Shown piece after piece: positions 42,209 to 56,840 of a stretch of 64,000 nt of DNA. This stretch comes from Eledone cirrhosa (lineage: Eukaryota), in contig OZ024765.1 in the NCBI GenBank assembly GCA_964016885.1, positions 930,001-994,000 of the forward strand, written 5' to 3'. Within the stretch, counting starts at the first letter, position 1, and the number at the start of each line of letters is the position of its first letter. Below the pieces are notes generated by a model. The model ran no database searches. It saw only the letters and a program-made list of their open reading frames with translations, and was not told where the DNA came from. The position numbers were made by a program, and so were the translations under genes.

Positions 42209-42396
42209 GCGGTGGACTGGCAGTATCGGTAGAGGGTCGGACGCCATGCTTTCCAGCATAGTTACGTCCCTTTACGATCTGAGTTCAAATCCCGCCGAGG
42301 TTGACTTTGCCTTTCATCCTTACGGGGTCGATAAAATAAAGTACCAGTAATACACTGGATAATTGCTGACCTTGTGCCTAACGTAGAAACAATTAT
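42209..42396 (+). mobile_element. SINE family A (MetaSINE-like), full length
   Basis: B box gagttcaaatcc, core gttgactttgcctttcatccttacggggtcgataaaataaagtaccag, and probable TSD attatgtgtgtg. Confidence 0.9.
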
Positions 42397-42550
42397 GTGT
42401 GTGTGTATATATGTGTGTAAATATGTGTGTGTGTGTGTATTTATGTGTGTGTATATATATGTGTGTGTGTGTGCATGTATATATATATGTGGATATGTAT
42501 ACATGTGTTTGTGTTTATATCTATATTGTATTAAATGTCAACATATATAT

Positions 42551-42611
<61 letters not shown>

Positions 42612-42778
42612 TGGGTGTACAAGAAAGCATATACTGTTTGTTGTATATAAACATTTAATATATACTTTCATATACACACCCCTATACACACACTCACACA
42701 TGTATATATTCATATGTATACATATATACATATATACGATTATATATATATATACATAGATATGCATATATATATATG

Positions 42779-42810
<32 letters not shown>

Positions 42811-42811
42811 C

Positions 42812-42847
<36 letters not shown>

Positions 42848-43082
42848 GTGATAAATGAGAAGTAAAAGGGGTCAGTTGCAGAGGGCGGGGGTAGAAGTAG
42901 TGGCAGTAGTAATAGTAGTGGTAGTAGTAGTAGTAGTGGTAGTAGTAGTGAGGTAATCTATATTTTAGATGTGGTGTCAGCACAACTAACAAACTAGGCC
43001 AGGGTTGAGTGACATCTGGAGTGAAGTAAGGGTTGAAGAGTTCAGCTTCGAGTGGAACTCAACCCTCCACTCTTCCCACTCA

Positions 43083-43113
<31 letters not shown>

Positions 43114-44459
43114 ACTTTCTATCTCTCTCTTTCTATCTATCTATCTCTCCTCTATCCCTATATATATATATATATATATATATACTCTACATACAAAGTG
43201 AAACCTACTACAGTCAGTAGGCACCTCTAACAAAAATACCCCCCCCCCCTCCGTCCCACTACCCCCACCCTATCCACACCTCCCCTTTCAATGTAAAGTT
43301 ATGTTGGTACCACAACATCCAGTCCGAAACAAATGAGGTCGTGTAGATGTCACGACAAAAAAACACACAGTCCACACTGTAATGTGGTCGTGTAGGTAAC
43401 ACGGTAAAAACCTCCCAGTACACACTGTAAACGTGGTTGGTGTTAGGAAGGGCATCCAGCCGTAGAAAACCTGCCAGACAGTCCTATGCGAGCAAGACAA
43501 CCACTCTTGCCTCAAGTGGGAAAACACCCGTCCAAACCCATGCAGGCGTGGAAGATGGACATTAAACGATGATGATGATGATGAATCTACATGTCCCTCC
43601 ATGTAAAGTTGACATCCCTCTTTTGGTTTGTTTAGTCTGTGTGCATTTGTGTTTATATACACATTATATATATATATATATAAAAAAATGTGTATATATT
43701 TAATGTGTAATGTGTATATATATAATGTGTATATATATAATGTGTGTAAATATATATATATAATGTGTGTATATGTGTATATATATATAATGCGTGTGTA
43801 TATATATATATGTGTGTGTGTATCATCATCGTTTAATGTCCATTTTTTTCACTCTGGCATGGGTTAGACTATATATATATATATATATCAAGTTATGTTG
43901 GTGCCACAACATCCAGGCCGAAACAAATGAGATCGTGTAGGTGTCACGTCAAAAAAACACACGGTTCACGCTGTAATGTGGCCGTGTAGGCAACACGGTA
44001 AAAACCTCCCAGCCCCACACTGTAAATGTGGTTGGTGTTAGGAAGGGCATCCAGCTGTAGAAAACCCGCCAGATAGTCCTATGCGAGCAAGACAATCACT
44101 CTTGCCTCAAGTGGGAAAACCCTCCGTCCAAACCCATGCAAGCATGGAACACGGACGTTAAACGATGATGATGATGATGATGATGATGATAAATATATAC
44201 ATACATGCATATATATATTTGAAGTTCTAGTTAAACTTTAATTAGTTACCTACAACAATTATTATTGTCATCATCATCATCATCACCACCATCATCATCA
44301 ATATCATCATCATCATAATATTTTGTCTATGCTGACATAGGTTGGACATGTCTAACAGTACTGTATTCTTTACAAATTATTCCCTGTGATTGTTCCATGT
44401 ATTTATTTTATATATATATATATGTCAATCTATTTCTAGTTGATATATATATGTATGTA

Positions 44460-44517
<58 letters not shown>

Positions 44518-44651
44518 TGTATATATATATATATGTCAATCTATTTCTAGTTGATATGTAATGCTTGGATCTATTCATTGGAATCTTTGAGCTTATTCTA
44601 CAGTGGATATGGCACATGTCTCTCAGACATGACAACCCTTAATTTAATTTT

Positions 44652-44691
<40 letters not shown>

Positions 44692-44843
44692 ATATATATA
44701 TATATATACATGCATATATATATATATATATACATGCATATATATATATACATGCATATATATATATACATGCATATATATATATATACATGCCTATATA
44801 TATATATATACATGCATATATATATATATACATGCATATATAT

Positions 44844-44888
<45 letters not shown>

Positions 44889-45024
44889 GATACATATATA
44901 TATATACATACATATATATATATATACACAAAGAGAGACAGAGAAAGAGAGGGAGATATTTGTTATAAGCACAGATTAAAATTTTAAGCAAACAATTTCT
45001 GTTTTCATGCTAAATTTTGGTATT

Positions 45025-45056
<32 letters not shown>

Positions 45057-45070
45057 TGTATATGTATGTA

Positions 45071-45128
<58 letters not shown>

Positions 45129-45508
45129 TGTGTGTGTGTATATATATACACACATATTTTTGTTGTACTTTATACGCTTCATACATAAACACATAAATAT
45201 GTATATATAATGCAATCTTTTATCTATTCACAGGAGGTGTTTATTATCTTCTACATACATAGGATATATACAATATACAAGGTATGCTAAAGAAAAGCAG
45301 ACATTTTTCTTCCTTTATCTCGTTTATTTACGTGTTTATATATTCATCTATGTATTTATTTATTCATATCTTTACATTAAAAAGACCCAGCTTGTTTCAT
45401 CAAGTTTATACATCACATGTACAATTTTTTTCTTATCAGTTTTAACCATTTAAATGCCAACCTACCTAATACTGGCCTTCATTCTATGATACAAAACTGT
45501 TTATTTAA

Positions 45509-45800
45509 CCCTTTAGTACTTACATTACTCTATATTTACTGTTGTATTTTCAAAGTAAAGGCTTTACCTCACATACCATTTACATTACTCTATATATACT
45601 ATTGTATTTTCACAGTAAAGGCTTTACCTCACATAATATCTCACATAACATTTACATTACTCTATATATACTATTGTATTTTCATGGCAAAGGTTTTATC
45701 ACACATAATTACCTCACATAATATCGAACCTATGAGATTTTGATATTTATTTTGAGAATAATACCTTAACATAAGTATAAGCAGCTGGTTATGGCTGTTC
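45509..45800 (+). mobile_element. piggyBac-type MITE copy (left end, about 2.5 units)
   Basis: TTAA|ccctttagtacttacattactc start. Other copies lie at 48134-48426 (both ends, single unit) and 52130-52299 (right half). Confidence 0.75.
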
Positions 45801-45809
45801 AAACACTCC

Positions 45810-46330
45810 TTCCATCAGGTCCTGTCAGAAGCAAATGTATCCAACTGATCTGGCTGGATCCCCAAGCGTGACCAGCCAAACTCATGGATGTTATCCAACC
45901 ATCTTGCTCGGTTTTGCCGATAAAATCTGTCCAGTGATTCTTTCCTGAGACATTCTAACCACATGTCCATAGTATCAGAGCTGTGATCTCTCAATTCAGA
46001 GAAGTAGCAGCTCTACTTGGAGTGACTCTCTGATCTCCGAGCTACAAATCTGACCAGTGATTCTTTCTTGAGATATTCTAACCACATATCCATAGTATCA
46101 GAGCTGTGATCTCTTGATTTGGAGAAGTAGTGGCTCTACCTGGAGTGACTCTCTGATCTCCAAGCTACACACCCTATTGAGTAATCTTACTGCAAAGACC
46201 CTTCGGAGGAAACCCATTTCAGCCGCTTGTATTCGTGATCGAATTCTTTCAGTCATTACCCAAGATTCATGACCTTAGGTAAGGGTTGGCACGAATAACC
46301 AAATTGAAGACAGCGAGTTTGGCTTTTACA
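45810..46330 (-). pseudogene. RTE-clade (Expander/Rex3-like) LINE ORF 3' fragment
   Basis: The minus strand reads GHESWVMTERIRSRIQAAEMGFLRRV...EIRESLQVEPLLLQIKRSQL*YYG, with an internal tandem duplication of about 122 bp. Confidence 0.85.
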
Positions 46331-46815
46331 CCTACCTCCCTTCTTCATTTTTTCAGAGGAGGAAAGCATGCGTGTGCATGTGCATGTGCGCATGTGTGTC
46401 TGTGTGTGTGCTTAGTCAGCCATTTTGAATAAGTGTCATTTACATGTAGAGAAACATACACACACACACACACATACACACACACAGACATTCACACACA
46501 CACAAACACAGACACACACAGCCATACAGTGTTAGACATATGCAAACCAGATTTTCCTGTCTTTCGGTATCAGAGGAGGGCATGTAGCTTAAAAAATGGA
46601 GGTCTTCGGTGATGGTGGTGATGTAGGTGGTGGGTACTGGTGGTGGTGGTGGTGGGTACTGGTGGTGGTGGTGGGTACTGGTGGTGGTGGTGGTGGTGGT
46701 GGGTGGTGGTGGTGGGTACTGGTGGTGGTGGTGGTGGGTGATGGTGGTGGTGGTGGTGGACACAATTCCTATCATACAGGACATGTATCTGTGTATGTGC
46801 ATGTATATATATATA

Positions 46816-46984
<169 letters not shown>

Positions 46985-47341
46985 ATATGTCTATGTCTGT
47001 ATATATATATATATGTGTGTGTGTCTGTCTGTGTGTTTATATATATATATGTGTGTGTGTGTATGTCTCTGTATGTATATATATATATATATTTATGTGT
47101 GTGTGTGTGTATATGTCTGTGTCTGTATATATATATATATGTGGGTGTGTGTATGTCTCTGTATGTATGTATATATATATATATATGTATGTATATGAGT
47201 GTGTATATGTCTGTGTGTGTGTATATATATGTGTGTCTGTGTGTGTGTATATGTCTATGTATGTATGTATATATATATATATGTGTGTGTATATGTCTGT
47301 GTGTGTGTATATATATATATATATGTGTGTGTGTGTATATG

Positions 47342-47384
<43 letters not shown>

Positions 47385-47448
47385 TGTGTAGAATGAGGGA
47401 GACATCACGAAAAAATGTTCCACATCTGGCTTAGATGTAAGAATGCAG

Positions 47449-47501
<53 letters not shown>

Positions 47502-47900
47502 GTATGTATGTATATATATATAAAAAATATATGTATGTATATAAATATGCATGTGTGTATATATATTTATATATGTCTGTGTGTGTGTACATATGTATGT
47601 ATGTGTATATGTGTGTGTGTGTTTATAGATACATGTTAAAAATAGAAAAGAGGGGTGGGAGGTAATAATCTTTAGATTTTATTACTCTCTTCCCTTCTTC
47701 CCTCATTCCTTCTTATCTTTTAAATACCTCCCCTATTATTCCTCTCAATACTGGTAACAAGTACATTACACCATTTCCACCCCTACCAGGGCTTGCCAGG
47801 GTCCATCTGGGGTCACTGTATGTGACAAAACAGTCAAACATTGCCCTTAGAATATTTTAAAATATGAAAACAAAACAAAACAAAACTTAGGTGAAATAAC

Positions 47901-48084
47901 TGTTTCTACTTTAGGCACAAGGCCAGCAATTACCCAGTGCATTACTGGTACTTTATTTTATCGATCCCGTAACGATGAAAGGCAAAGTTAACCTCCGCGG
48001 GATTTGAACTCAGACCGTAAAGGGACGTAACTCTGCTGGAAAGCATGGCGTCCGACCCTCTACCGATACTGCCAATCCACCGCC
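47901..48084 (-). mobile_element. SINE family A with a 16-bp TSD
   Basis: acttaggtgaaataac at 47885-47900 and 48087-48102. Confidence 0.92.
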
Positions 48085-48964
48085 CTACTTAGGTGAAATA
48101 ACATGTCCCCCTAAGGTTTAAAATCTGTCTTAAGCATTTAGCATTTACATTACTTTATATTTACTTTTGTATTTTTGTGGTAAAGGCTTTATCTTCCATA
48201 ATTATCTCACATAATATCAAATCTATGAGATTTTAATGTTATTTATTTTGAGAACAATACCTTAACATAAGTATGAGTGGCCAGTTAAGCCAACTTGAAC
48301 AGAAAGAGGTGAGAGAATTTTGAGAACAATACCTTAACGTCAGTATGAACTGCCATTTTCAGGCAGTTTGAGCAGAAAAAGGTGAGAAAATTCTGGCTGG
48401 ATATGGCCGGTTTAAATGCTAAAGGGTTAACCCTTCAGCATTTACCGTATTTCCCGATGCCAAAGACGCTTCATCCTCGAGGACACACCCTAATTTTGAC
48501 AACACAAAATTTGAATTTCATCTTCTTCTTCTTCGCCTTCTTTTTCTCTATAAATATATATATATATCATCATCATCATCATTTTACCACCGCTTTTTCC
48601 TGCTTGCAAGGGTGGGACGGGTCCTATTCAGCACAGCATCTCTCCACTTGTTACGGTGTGTCTGTGTGTCTGTGTCGTAGAATATTCTCCTTCTCCTCCT
48701 CTACATCCGTTACTGGTGCCATAATGAATCACCCCACCTCCCCCATACCACCCCGGTCTAGTATTGCCATCTGAATTTACTCAGCTTCCACCCCTAGTGT
48801 CATCTTCAACAACATCCTTTAGTGTGGTGGTTGGTCTCCCAACATGTCTACAAACACATCTGGTTTCTAGTGAAGTAAACTTCATTATAACATTTCACAT
48901 GTCCAGCTAATATCAGCCTCCTATGCCTCGTATCAAAAAGGCAAGGACATGAACCATATATATA

Positions 48965-49567
48965 TCTATATATATAAAGTTGTAGTTCCTGTCTGTTTGT
49001 TTGTTTGTTCACGAACTCCTCCTATGGTTTTGGAGATAGACCCCCATAACTATATATATTCTGAAACTACATTGCCCAGGGTACTTGGATAAGTATATTT
49101 CATTTTAATCAAACGGTTCCCTGGAGGCACAAACCTCCGCTGAAAATGTTTTCCCTTCAATTTATATGAAATTTAAACCATAGGTAAATGACAAGATATG
49201 ATGCCTATTCGCAAATTCCAATAATATTAAGACACCCTAATGGGGGTTAAACCCCCTATAGTGAAAATTTTGGAAGCCCAAATAAAATAATGCTTTACAC
49301 AAAAATGTAATAATCAAGTTTTGAATTGATATTTTGAAAAAAATTATTTACAAGAAACAAAATAAGAATAAGATTTAATAATGTAGTTATGATTTGATAT
49401 ATTACAAAAAATAATGTTTTCCAATTTTTCATGCATTACATTTTACGTTGAGTAATATTGAAATGCAGAGATTTTCTCTATAAATTATATCACTGATTTA
49501 AAATCAATCATCATTTTCTTACAAAAAAAATGTGTGGAACGCAGCAAGGCATGGGTAATTCGGCTAA
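48965..49567 (+). mobile_element. Non-autonomous Helitron-like element
   Basis: 5' A|TCtatatatataaag, then a (tgtt)n tract. The 3' end is a degenerate GC-rich gcagcaaggcatgggta followed by CTAA|T (CTRR-type end). Confidence 0.55.
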
Positions 49568-50270
49568 TATATATATATATATATATATATACTGAAGTAA
49601 AAGTTAAGTGAAAATATCCAAGAGTAAGAGCACTCAGTCCATGACAGGCTGAAGAAATTGGGGCCCAGAACCCAACAAAACTTGAGTACATGTTTATGTC
49701 ACTGTTGTAATTATATATATATATATATAATGCATATATGTCTGAGAAATATTCAAAAACTATTTATAAGTCAAGGCATGTTTAAATGCTGCAGTTTTGA
49801 AATTCTCACAAGTGGAGAAGATATTAATGAAATTTTCATATTTAAAACATTTTAAATATCATTTAAAGTATATTTTTTGTTTCACAACTCCATTATATAA
49901 TGATTCTTTACCAATTTCTGACTGTTTTGAAGGTCAAATCCTTGAAAAGACATCAAATATAATAGGAAATATAAATTTGATGATGAAAATGAAACCGGTG
50001 TAATGTAAATGTGCAAATTGAATCCGGTGTAATATTTACCTCTAAAGTGAAATCAGTGTCTTTCATTCTCTCCTACTTTCATTCTCTCACTCTCTATCCT
50101 TCTCTGGAAGAAATCTACTGTAATGAGAGCTTGAGAGGAGATGGGCTCTGACAGGTTTTATAAAATGATTTAGAAATGCCATATGTCATTATAACACCCA
50201 TATGACTTCATTAGGAGTTACGGGGAACATCCAGCCATATATATATACACACACACACACCTATATGTAT

Positions 50271-50307
<37 letters not shown>

Positions 50308-50342
50308 GACACACACATACATACATACATACATACACACAC

Positions 50343-50630
50343 ATCATCATCATTTTACGTCCGCTCTTCCCTGCTTGCAAGGGCGGGCCGGGTCCTATTC
50401 AGCATAACATCTCTCCACCTGTCACGGTCCTTCGTCATCTCCTCCGTGAGCTTCAGCGATCTGAGGTTAGCTCTCACCACGCCCGCCCATGTTTTACATG
50501 GTCTTCCTCTACTGCGTCTTCCTTCCACTGGGATTTCTTGGCACTTCTTTACCCAACGGTCATCCTCCATGCGCATCACCTGTACATACCAACGCAGTCT
50601 TCTCTCCCACACACTACAGCTTATCTCTCT
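50343..50630 (-). mobile_element. RTE LINE 3' end
   Basis: [40 protein letters not shown]...ASREERT* followed by a (GAT)n tail. Confidence 0.92.
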
Positions 50631-50646
50631 TATAGATATATATATA

Positions 50647-50697
<51 letters not shown>

Positions 50698-50755
50698 ATA
50701 TATATACACACATACATATATATATATATACACATATATATATATATATACACAC

Positions 50756-50786
<31 letters not shown>

Positions 50787-51380
50787 TATATATATACACA
50801 CATACATATATATATATATATACACATATATATATATATATATACACACATATATATATATATATTAGAAAAGGTTCTATACAAAACAGTGGTTATAGAG
50901 AAAAGGTGAAGTTGGAAATAGCATGGAAAATATATTTAAGGGTCTGTTTTTCTTTTTTATCCTTTCTTTGATTCGTCAAAGTGACATTATTGAAAAGATG
51001 ACATTATTGAAAAAATGAGAGGGACAATTCTTTTTAAAACAAAGTTTTATGATGTATATAAAGTATATAAAGTTTATAAAGTATATAAAGTTTATAAAGT
51101 ATTACCAGTTTCGATGTATTATTACAACTAGCAGAAAAAGTCTCCTTCAGGTGGTTTTCTGCTAGCATGTGTAGTGTGTATATTGATATTATACGCAGGT
51201 ACATATACATGTAGATATGATACATCAAATAAAATCGTAATTGACAATATACATAGAAATTGAAGGAAGACTGTGTTACACTGTCTTATGTAATCAGTAA
51301 CGTAATACATTAAAAAAAGACGATATTATATATAAACTGCATCAGGAGAAAATTAGTATGTTTATTTAAGCGATGGCCAA

Positions 51381-51588
51381 CCGGAAGTGTTGACATTTCA
51401 GAAATTTTAAAGAAGTGAATCTTTAAATAAACAAAATATATTTAATCAACAGCCACGAAATTTAGTAGATAAATTATGTAATATTCATTCATTGTTTATT
51501 CAAAGTAATCCAACTTAATTTACTAATGGGATAAAAAAATTATAAACCGTACACAGTCCCGCGCTCCTTACTTTATTATAGTTTAGAT
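51381..51588 (+). repeat. Unclassified dispersed repeat of about 210 bp
   Basis: cggaagtgttgacatttcagaaattttaaagaagtgaatc...ctttattatagtttagat recurs at 54930-55138. Confidence 0.85.
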
Positions 51589-51614
51589 TCTGGATGTGGA
51601 GAAAATGTCTTTAG

Positions 51615-51669
<55 letters not shown>

Positions 51670-51823
51670 CATATGTCAACAGTGGACATGACAACCTCCC
51701 TAGTGCTGGTACCATTATGAAATGTAACCATCCAGTGCATTTGTGACATGAGCTTGGGAATATATATATGAGAGATGAGCTCTGACCCCACCAACCTCCA
51801 CTATAATAACCCCCCCCCCCCCA

Positions 51824-51854
<31 letters not shown>

Positions 51855-52302
51855 CACCACCATCACCCTCACATCCCTTCCCCCATCACACCCTCACCCC
51901 ATCTCCACCACTACCATCACATCACCACCACCACCACACCCTCACCCCCACCATCACCCCATCTGAGAGGACAGGACAATGACTTCACTTTAAAGTATTG
52001 ACTTTGTGTTGTGACAACCTGTCCATAACTTACTGGCAAAGAAAAACAGACGTTGAATGAGGATGGTGGTGGTGCTGGTGGTAACAACAATGGTGGTGGT
52101 GATGATGATGGTGACTATGATGATGATGGTAAAGGCTTTACCTCACATAATTATCTCATATAATATCGAATCTATGAGATTTCGATATTTATTTTGAGAA
52201 CAATACCTTAACATAAGTATGAGTGGCTAGTTAAGCCAGTTTGAACAGAAAGAGGTGAGAGAATTCTGGCAGGATACGGCCGGTTTAAATGCTAAAAGGT
52301 TA

Positions 52303-53030
52303 AGAGGAATCCAATGTGGTGTGCAAGAGAGAAGACCATGTTGGTATCGACATGTGATACAAATGTTGTGAGATGATAATCACTGGGTGAAGAAGTGTCA
52401 GGAAATCTCAGTGGAAGGAAGCTGCATTTGAGATAGACTAAGGAAGACCTGGGCAGAGTTAAGATGGTGAGAGCTGATATCATATCACTGAGAGCCACAG
52501 AGGAGATGATCAATGGATGAAGAAGTGTCAGGAAATCGCAGTGGAAGGAAGCCACAGAAGAGATAGACTAAGGAAGCCCTGGACTGAGTTAAGATGGTGA
52601 GAGTTGAGCTCAAATTTTTGAAACTCACAGATGAGATGACAAAAGAATGTGGTGAGATAATGATTGATGGGTGAAGAAGTGTCAGGAAATCCCGGTGGAA
52701 GGAAGCTGCATTTGAGATAGACTAAGGAAGACCTGGGCAAAATTAAGGTGGTGAGAGTTGACCTCAAATGACTGAGACTCACAGAGGAGATAACAAAGGA
52801 ATGTAGTGAGATGATAATCATTGGATGATGTGCCAGGAAATGCCAGTGGAAGGAAGCTGCTGTTGAGATAGACTAAGGAAGACCTGGGCAGAGGTGGTGA
52901 GAGCTGATCTCAAATCTTTGAAACTCACAGAGGAGATGATGAACGAATACAATAAGTCAAGAGATGCTGTGCTGAAAAAGACCCATCCAACCCATGCAAG
53001 TGTAGAAAAACAGACATGATGATGATGGTG
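52303..53030 (+). mobile_element. Degenerate RTE LINE 3' end with about 4 tandem internal duplications
   Basis: gaagaagtgtcaggaaat...gtggaaggaagc...gagatagactaaggaagacctggg recurs four times before the tail. Another copy lies at 53935-54180 (-). Confidence 0.8.
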
Positions 53031-53218
53031 CTGTAACATGGAGTAGTGTTGTGTCGTGTAAACGGGGAGTGGTGTTGTTACACAACAAACTGTTGTGGTC
53101 TTGTTTTGATGTGTTTGTCTCGCATCCTATCTGTTGCTTGCTACATACACATACATGGACATATATATACATACATGCACAAAAATATATATACACAAAT
53201 ATATATACATACACACAC

Positions 53219-53255
<37 letters not shown>

Positions 53256-53544
53256 CACTTACATATATATATAAGCGAAAGGGATATTTAATTTGTTGGA
53301 AATTCAACAAATATAAATGTTTATAACTGATTCAGAGCACTCGACAGATTTCTGGAGTAAATATTCAATGATATTAAATAAATGGAAACTATATTTATAA
53401 AACCATATTTATTCTATTATATATATTTCAAGAGTACCAAAAACTTTTGTACGCTTTCATCAAATAATATACAAAGTGTGTTTTATAAATTTTGACATAG
53501 CCAAGGAACATACCTTATCAGTTGAATTTTCCTTGAATAGTCAT

Positions 53545-53576
<32 letters not shown>

Positions 53577-53619
53577 TACATGTACAAATACACACAAATA
53601 TATATATATACATACATAT

Positions 53620-53650
<31 letters not shown>

Positions 53651-55235
53651 TATATATATGAATACATATATACATATATATACACACACACACATATAAA
53701 TACATATATACATACATATACATGCACACACACATATATGTATAAATACCTACATATATACATACATACTCATAAACATACATGTACATATATACACATC
53801 CACACACATCCACATAGCCCCACACACACATATCCACACACACTCCACACACAAATTGTTTTCTCAGTCTCCATATGTTTCCAATAGACAAATTGATCGT
53901 TTCTTATATCTATTAATACAGAACAATATATATGATGATCATCATCATCGTCATTTTTAAATGATTTTTCTCACGCTAGGATGGGTTGGACAGGTCCTTC
54001 TCCTCACGGTATCTCTCCACGTATCGCGTTCCTTCTGTCATCTCCTCTGTGAGTCTCAGTGACATTAGGTCAGCCCTCACAACCTTGACTCTGCCCATGT
54101 CTTCCTTGGTCTTCCTCTAATGCATGCTTCCCTCCACTGGTATTTCCTGGGACTTCTTCATCCAATGATCATTGTCCATGTGCAAATATATATATATATA
54201 TATAAAAAACATGAGAAGAAAGAAGAATACTGCGTGGTTTGCACATGGGTTACATATGATAAAAATAGTCCTTCGTCAGTGATTTTCCAACCATCATTGG
54301 TATTTCATCGCATTAAAAATCAGATACTTCAGGTTGGTGCGAGCAATAACTAAAAAAAGTTATTGGGACTAGAATTTGCGTAAGGCGAGGGGGACAAGTA
54401 AACCGAATGAATCTCCGCTTCAGAGTTAAGAATAAAGTAAATAAAATACAATACAGAGGTAATAGAAATTAAATAAATACATACCCGCATGCAAATACGT
54501 ACATACACAAGCATACGCGAAAATACTTGCCATAGGTATACAAAACCACGCACATATAAATATGTGTGTGTGTATACAAATAAATAAATAATTAAATAAA
54601 CGTATATAAATAAATAAATACGTATATAACAAGCGAACACACATACCTACATGTAAATACACAAATGTTCAGAGACGTAAGTCAACCAAAACATGAAGTA
54701 CACATATACACACACCCTACATACGTACGAACCCGCATACTCACACAGACACAAAACTCCTGTATACACATAACCAAACCATATGTACCAGAATATATAA
54801 AAAATTATACGCCATAACATATACAATCAAATATACGTACGAGAAAGTATACGTACCTTCACTCTGAAGCGGAGATTCATTCGGTTTCCTAGTTAGAATT
54901 TTAGTTTACGACTTCAGCTATACCATTTACGGAAGTGTTGACATTTCAGAAATTTTAAAGAAGTGAATCATGAAATAAATAATAAAATATATTTAATGAA
55001 CAGCCACCAAATTTAGTAGATAAATTATGTAATATTCATTCATTATTTATTCAAAGTAATCCAACTTATTTTAGAAACGGGATAAAAAAAAATAAACCGT
55101 ACACAATCCCGCAGACCTTCCTTTATTATAGTTTAGATATATATATATATGAAGTGTTTCCATAGGAAGGGTAAAGGAAAGGAGAGTGCTCTATGTATGT
55201 TACAGAGCTATATATTATGTTCTTTGTTACATAAT

Positions 55236-55272
<37 letters not shown>

Positions 55273-55493
55273 TTTTTATTTTTTAATATAGAAAAGAATC
55301 TACAGGACTAGAACTGTTTCAATCGTGAGAAATCATCAGGAAGCTGGCTGTCCAAGTCAGCTTCCTGTTGATTTCTCACGAATGAAACAGTTCTAGTCCT
55401 GTAGAATAGAAGCTTTTCTATATTAAAACATTTATACTCTGCTATGTATTGAGTACCTTACTTACTGTGGTTACCCCTGATTCAACCCGGAAT

Positions 55494-55536
<43 letters not shown>

Positions 55537-55554
55537 TCTGTTTTATATGCATAA

Positions 55555-55620
<66 letters not shown>

Positions 55621-55744
55621 ATTATTTACGAATCTGAGAATAAGTACTTAATACCAAAGTAGGGTATAAATATTCATTTATTATGGCTAAGTAGTGTGTC
55701 TTGTTACTCTGGAGTGTTGGTACTTAGACATTATATTAATATAT

Positions 55745-55789
<45 letters not shown>

Positions 55790-55847
55790 CATTCAGATCT
55801 AGCTGTCGAAATGACCAGAGCTCAGCCATCGGGGTCCTGACTCTTTT

Positions 55848-56265
55848 AATAATAATAATAATAATGAAATTATTGTGTACAGTGCTCAGGTGCACTAGAA
55901 CTCATCAAAGGTGCATGTATAGTACATAGAATAATTGTCTACTTTTGGCACAAGGCCTGCAATTATTCCAGCGTATTACTGGTACTTTATTTTATCGACC
56001 CTGTAAGGATTAGTCAAAGTTAACCACGGCGGGATTTGAACTCAGATCGTAAAGGGCCGTAACTCTGTGCTTCAAAGCATGGCGTCCGACCCTCTACCGA
56101 AATATCAGGGAAGTGAATAGTGTATGAGTCATGATATACATGTGTGTGTGTGTGTGTATGGAGGGGGAATATTAGGTGTAGTGTTGGCGAATCTCGGGGA
56201 GCATGGAGGTTTTAAAAGATGCAGTGTCTCGACAGCTAACAACTGATGCAGGGAGTTTGTTCCCT
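55848..56265 (-). mobile_element. CR1/L2-like LINE 3' end interrupted by SINE A (55935-56100)
   Basis: NKLPASVVSCRDTASFKTSMLPEIRQHYT* matches the N.LP..VV......FK pattern of CR1/L2 ORF2 ends, followed by a (TAT)n tail. Confidence 0.7.
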
Positions 56266-56467
56266 GGTGCATTATGGTCCACCTGGTTTCTTACTACACT
56301 TTCTTTGTTATTTGAGTGGGGGTGGTGAGAGGAGACCTCAGATCGCTGAATCACATGGAAGAGATGACGAGGGATCGTGACAAGTGGAGAGTTGCTGTGC
56401 TGAATAGGACCCGTCCCACCTTTGCAAGCAGGGAAAAGCAGGCATAAAATGATTAGGTTGATGATAT

Positions 56468-56498
<31 letters not shown>

Positions 56499-56583
56499 CG
56501 TTATTCCGGGTTGAATCGGAGGTAACCACAGTAAGTAAGGTACTCAATATATAGCAGAGTATAAAAGTTTTAATATAGATGAG

Positions 56584-56630
56584 ATTCTACAGGACTAGAA
56601 CTGTTTCATTCTTTAGAAATCATCAGGAAT
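56584..56630 (-). ncRNA. Type I hammerhead ribozyme, intact core (multi-copy family)
   Basis: attc-CTGATGA-tttc taaa gaat-GAAA-cag(ttctagtc)ctg-TA-gaat. Relatives lie near 6240/6285, 33563, 38940, 41303/41350 and 55297/55361. Confidence 0.8.
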
Positions 56631-56799
56631 ATATATATATAATTAGGTATAAATCGAAGTTGTAACTGCAATGGAACAGATAACAATCAATTTGATCAGA
56701 TAACAATCAATTTGATCGCGGCATTCACAAAGCACTCAATGATGCAAAAAGTTAATAAGTTTCTCATCCAGAATTAACACACGTTTTCACTCTATCTTT

Positions 56800-56840
<41 letters not shown>

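Noticed and set aside
46545-46612. Possible micro-exon ([20 protein letters not shown], minus strand)
   Set aside because: It is too short, has weak splice signals and shows no recognisable homology.
51100-51158. Minus-strand CTGAAGG...GAAActggTA hammerhead (a similar weak case lies at 60046-60122)
   Set aside because: No convincing stem I or stem II pairing.
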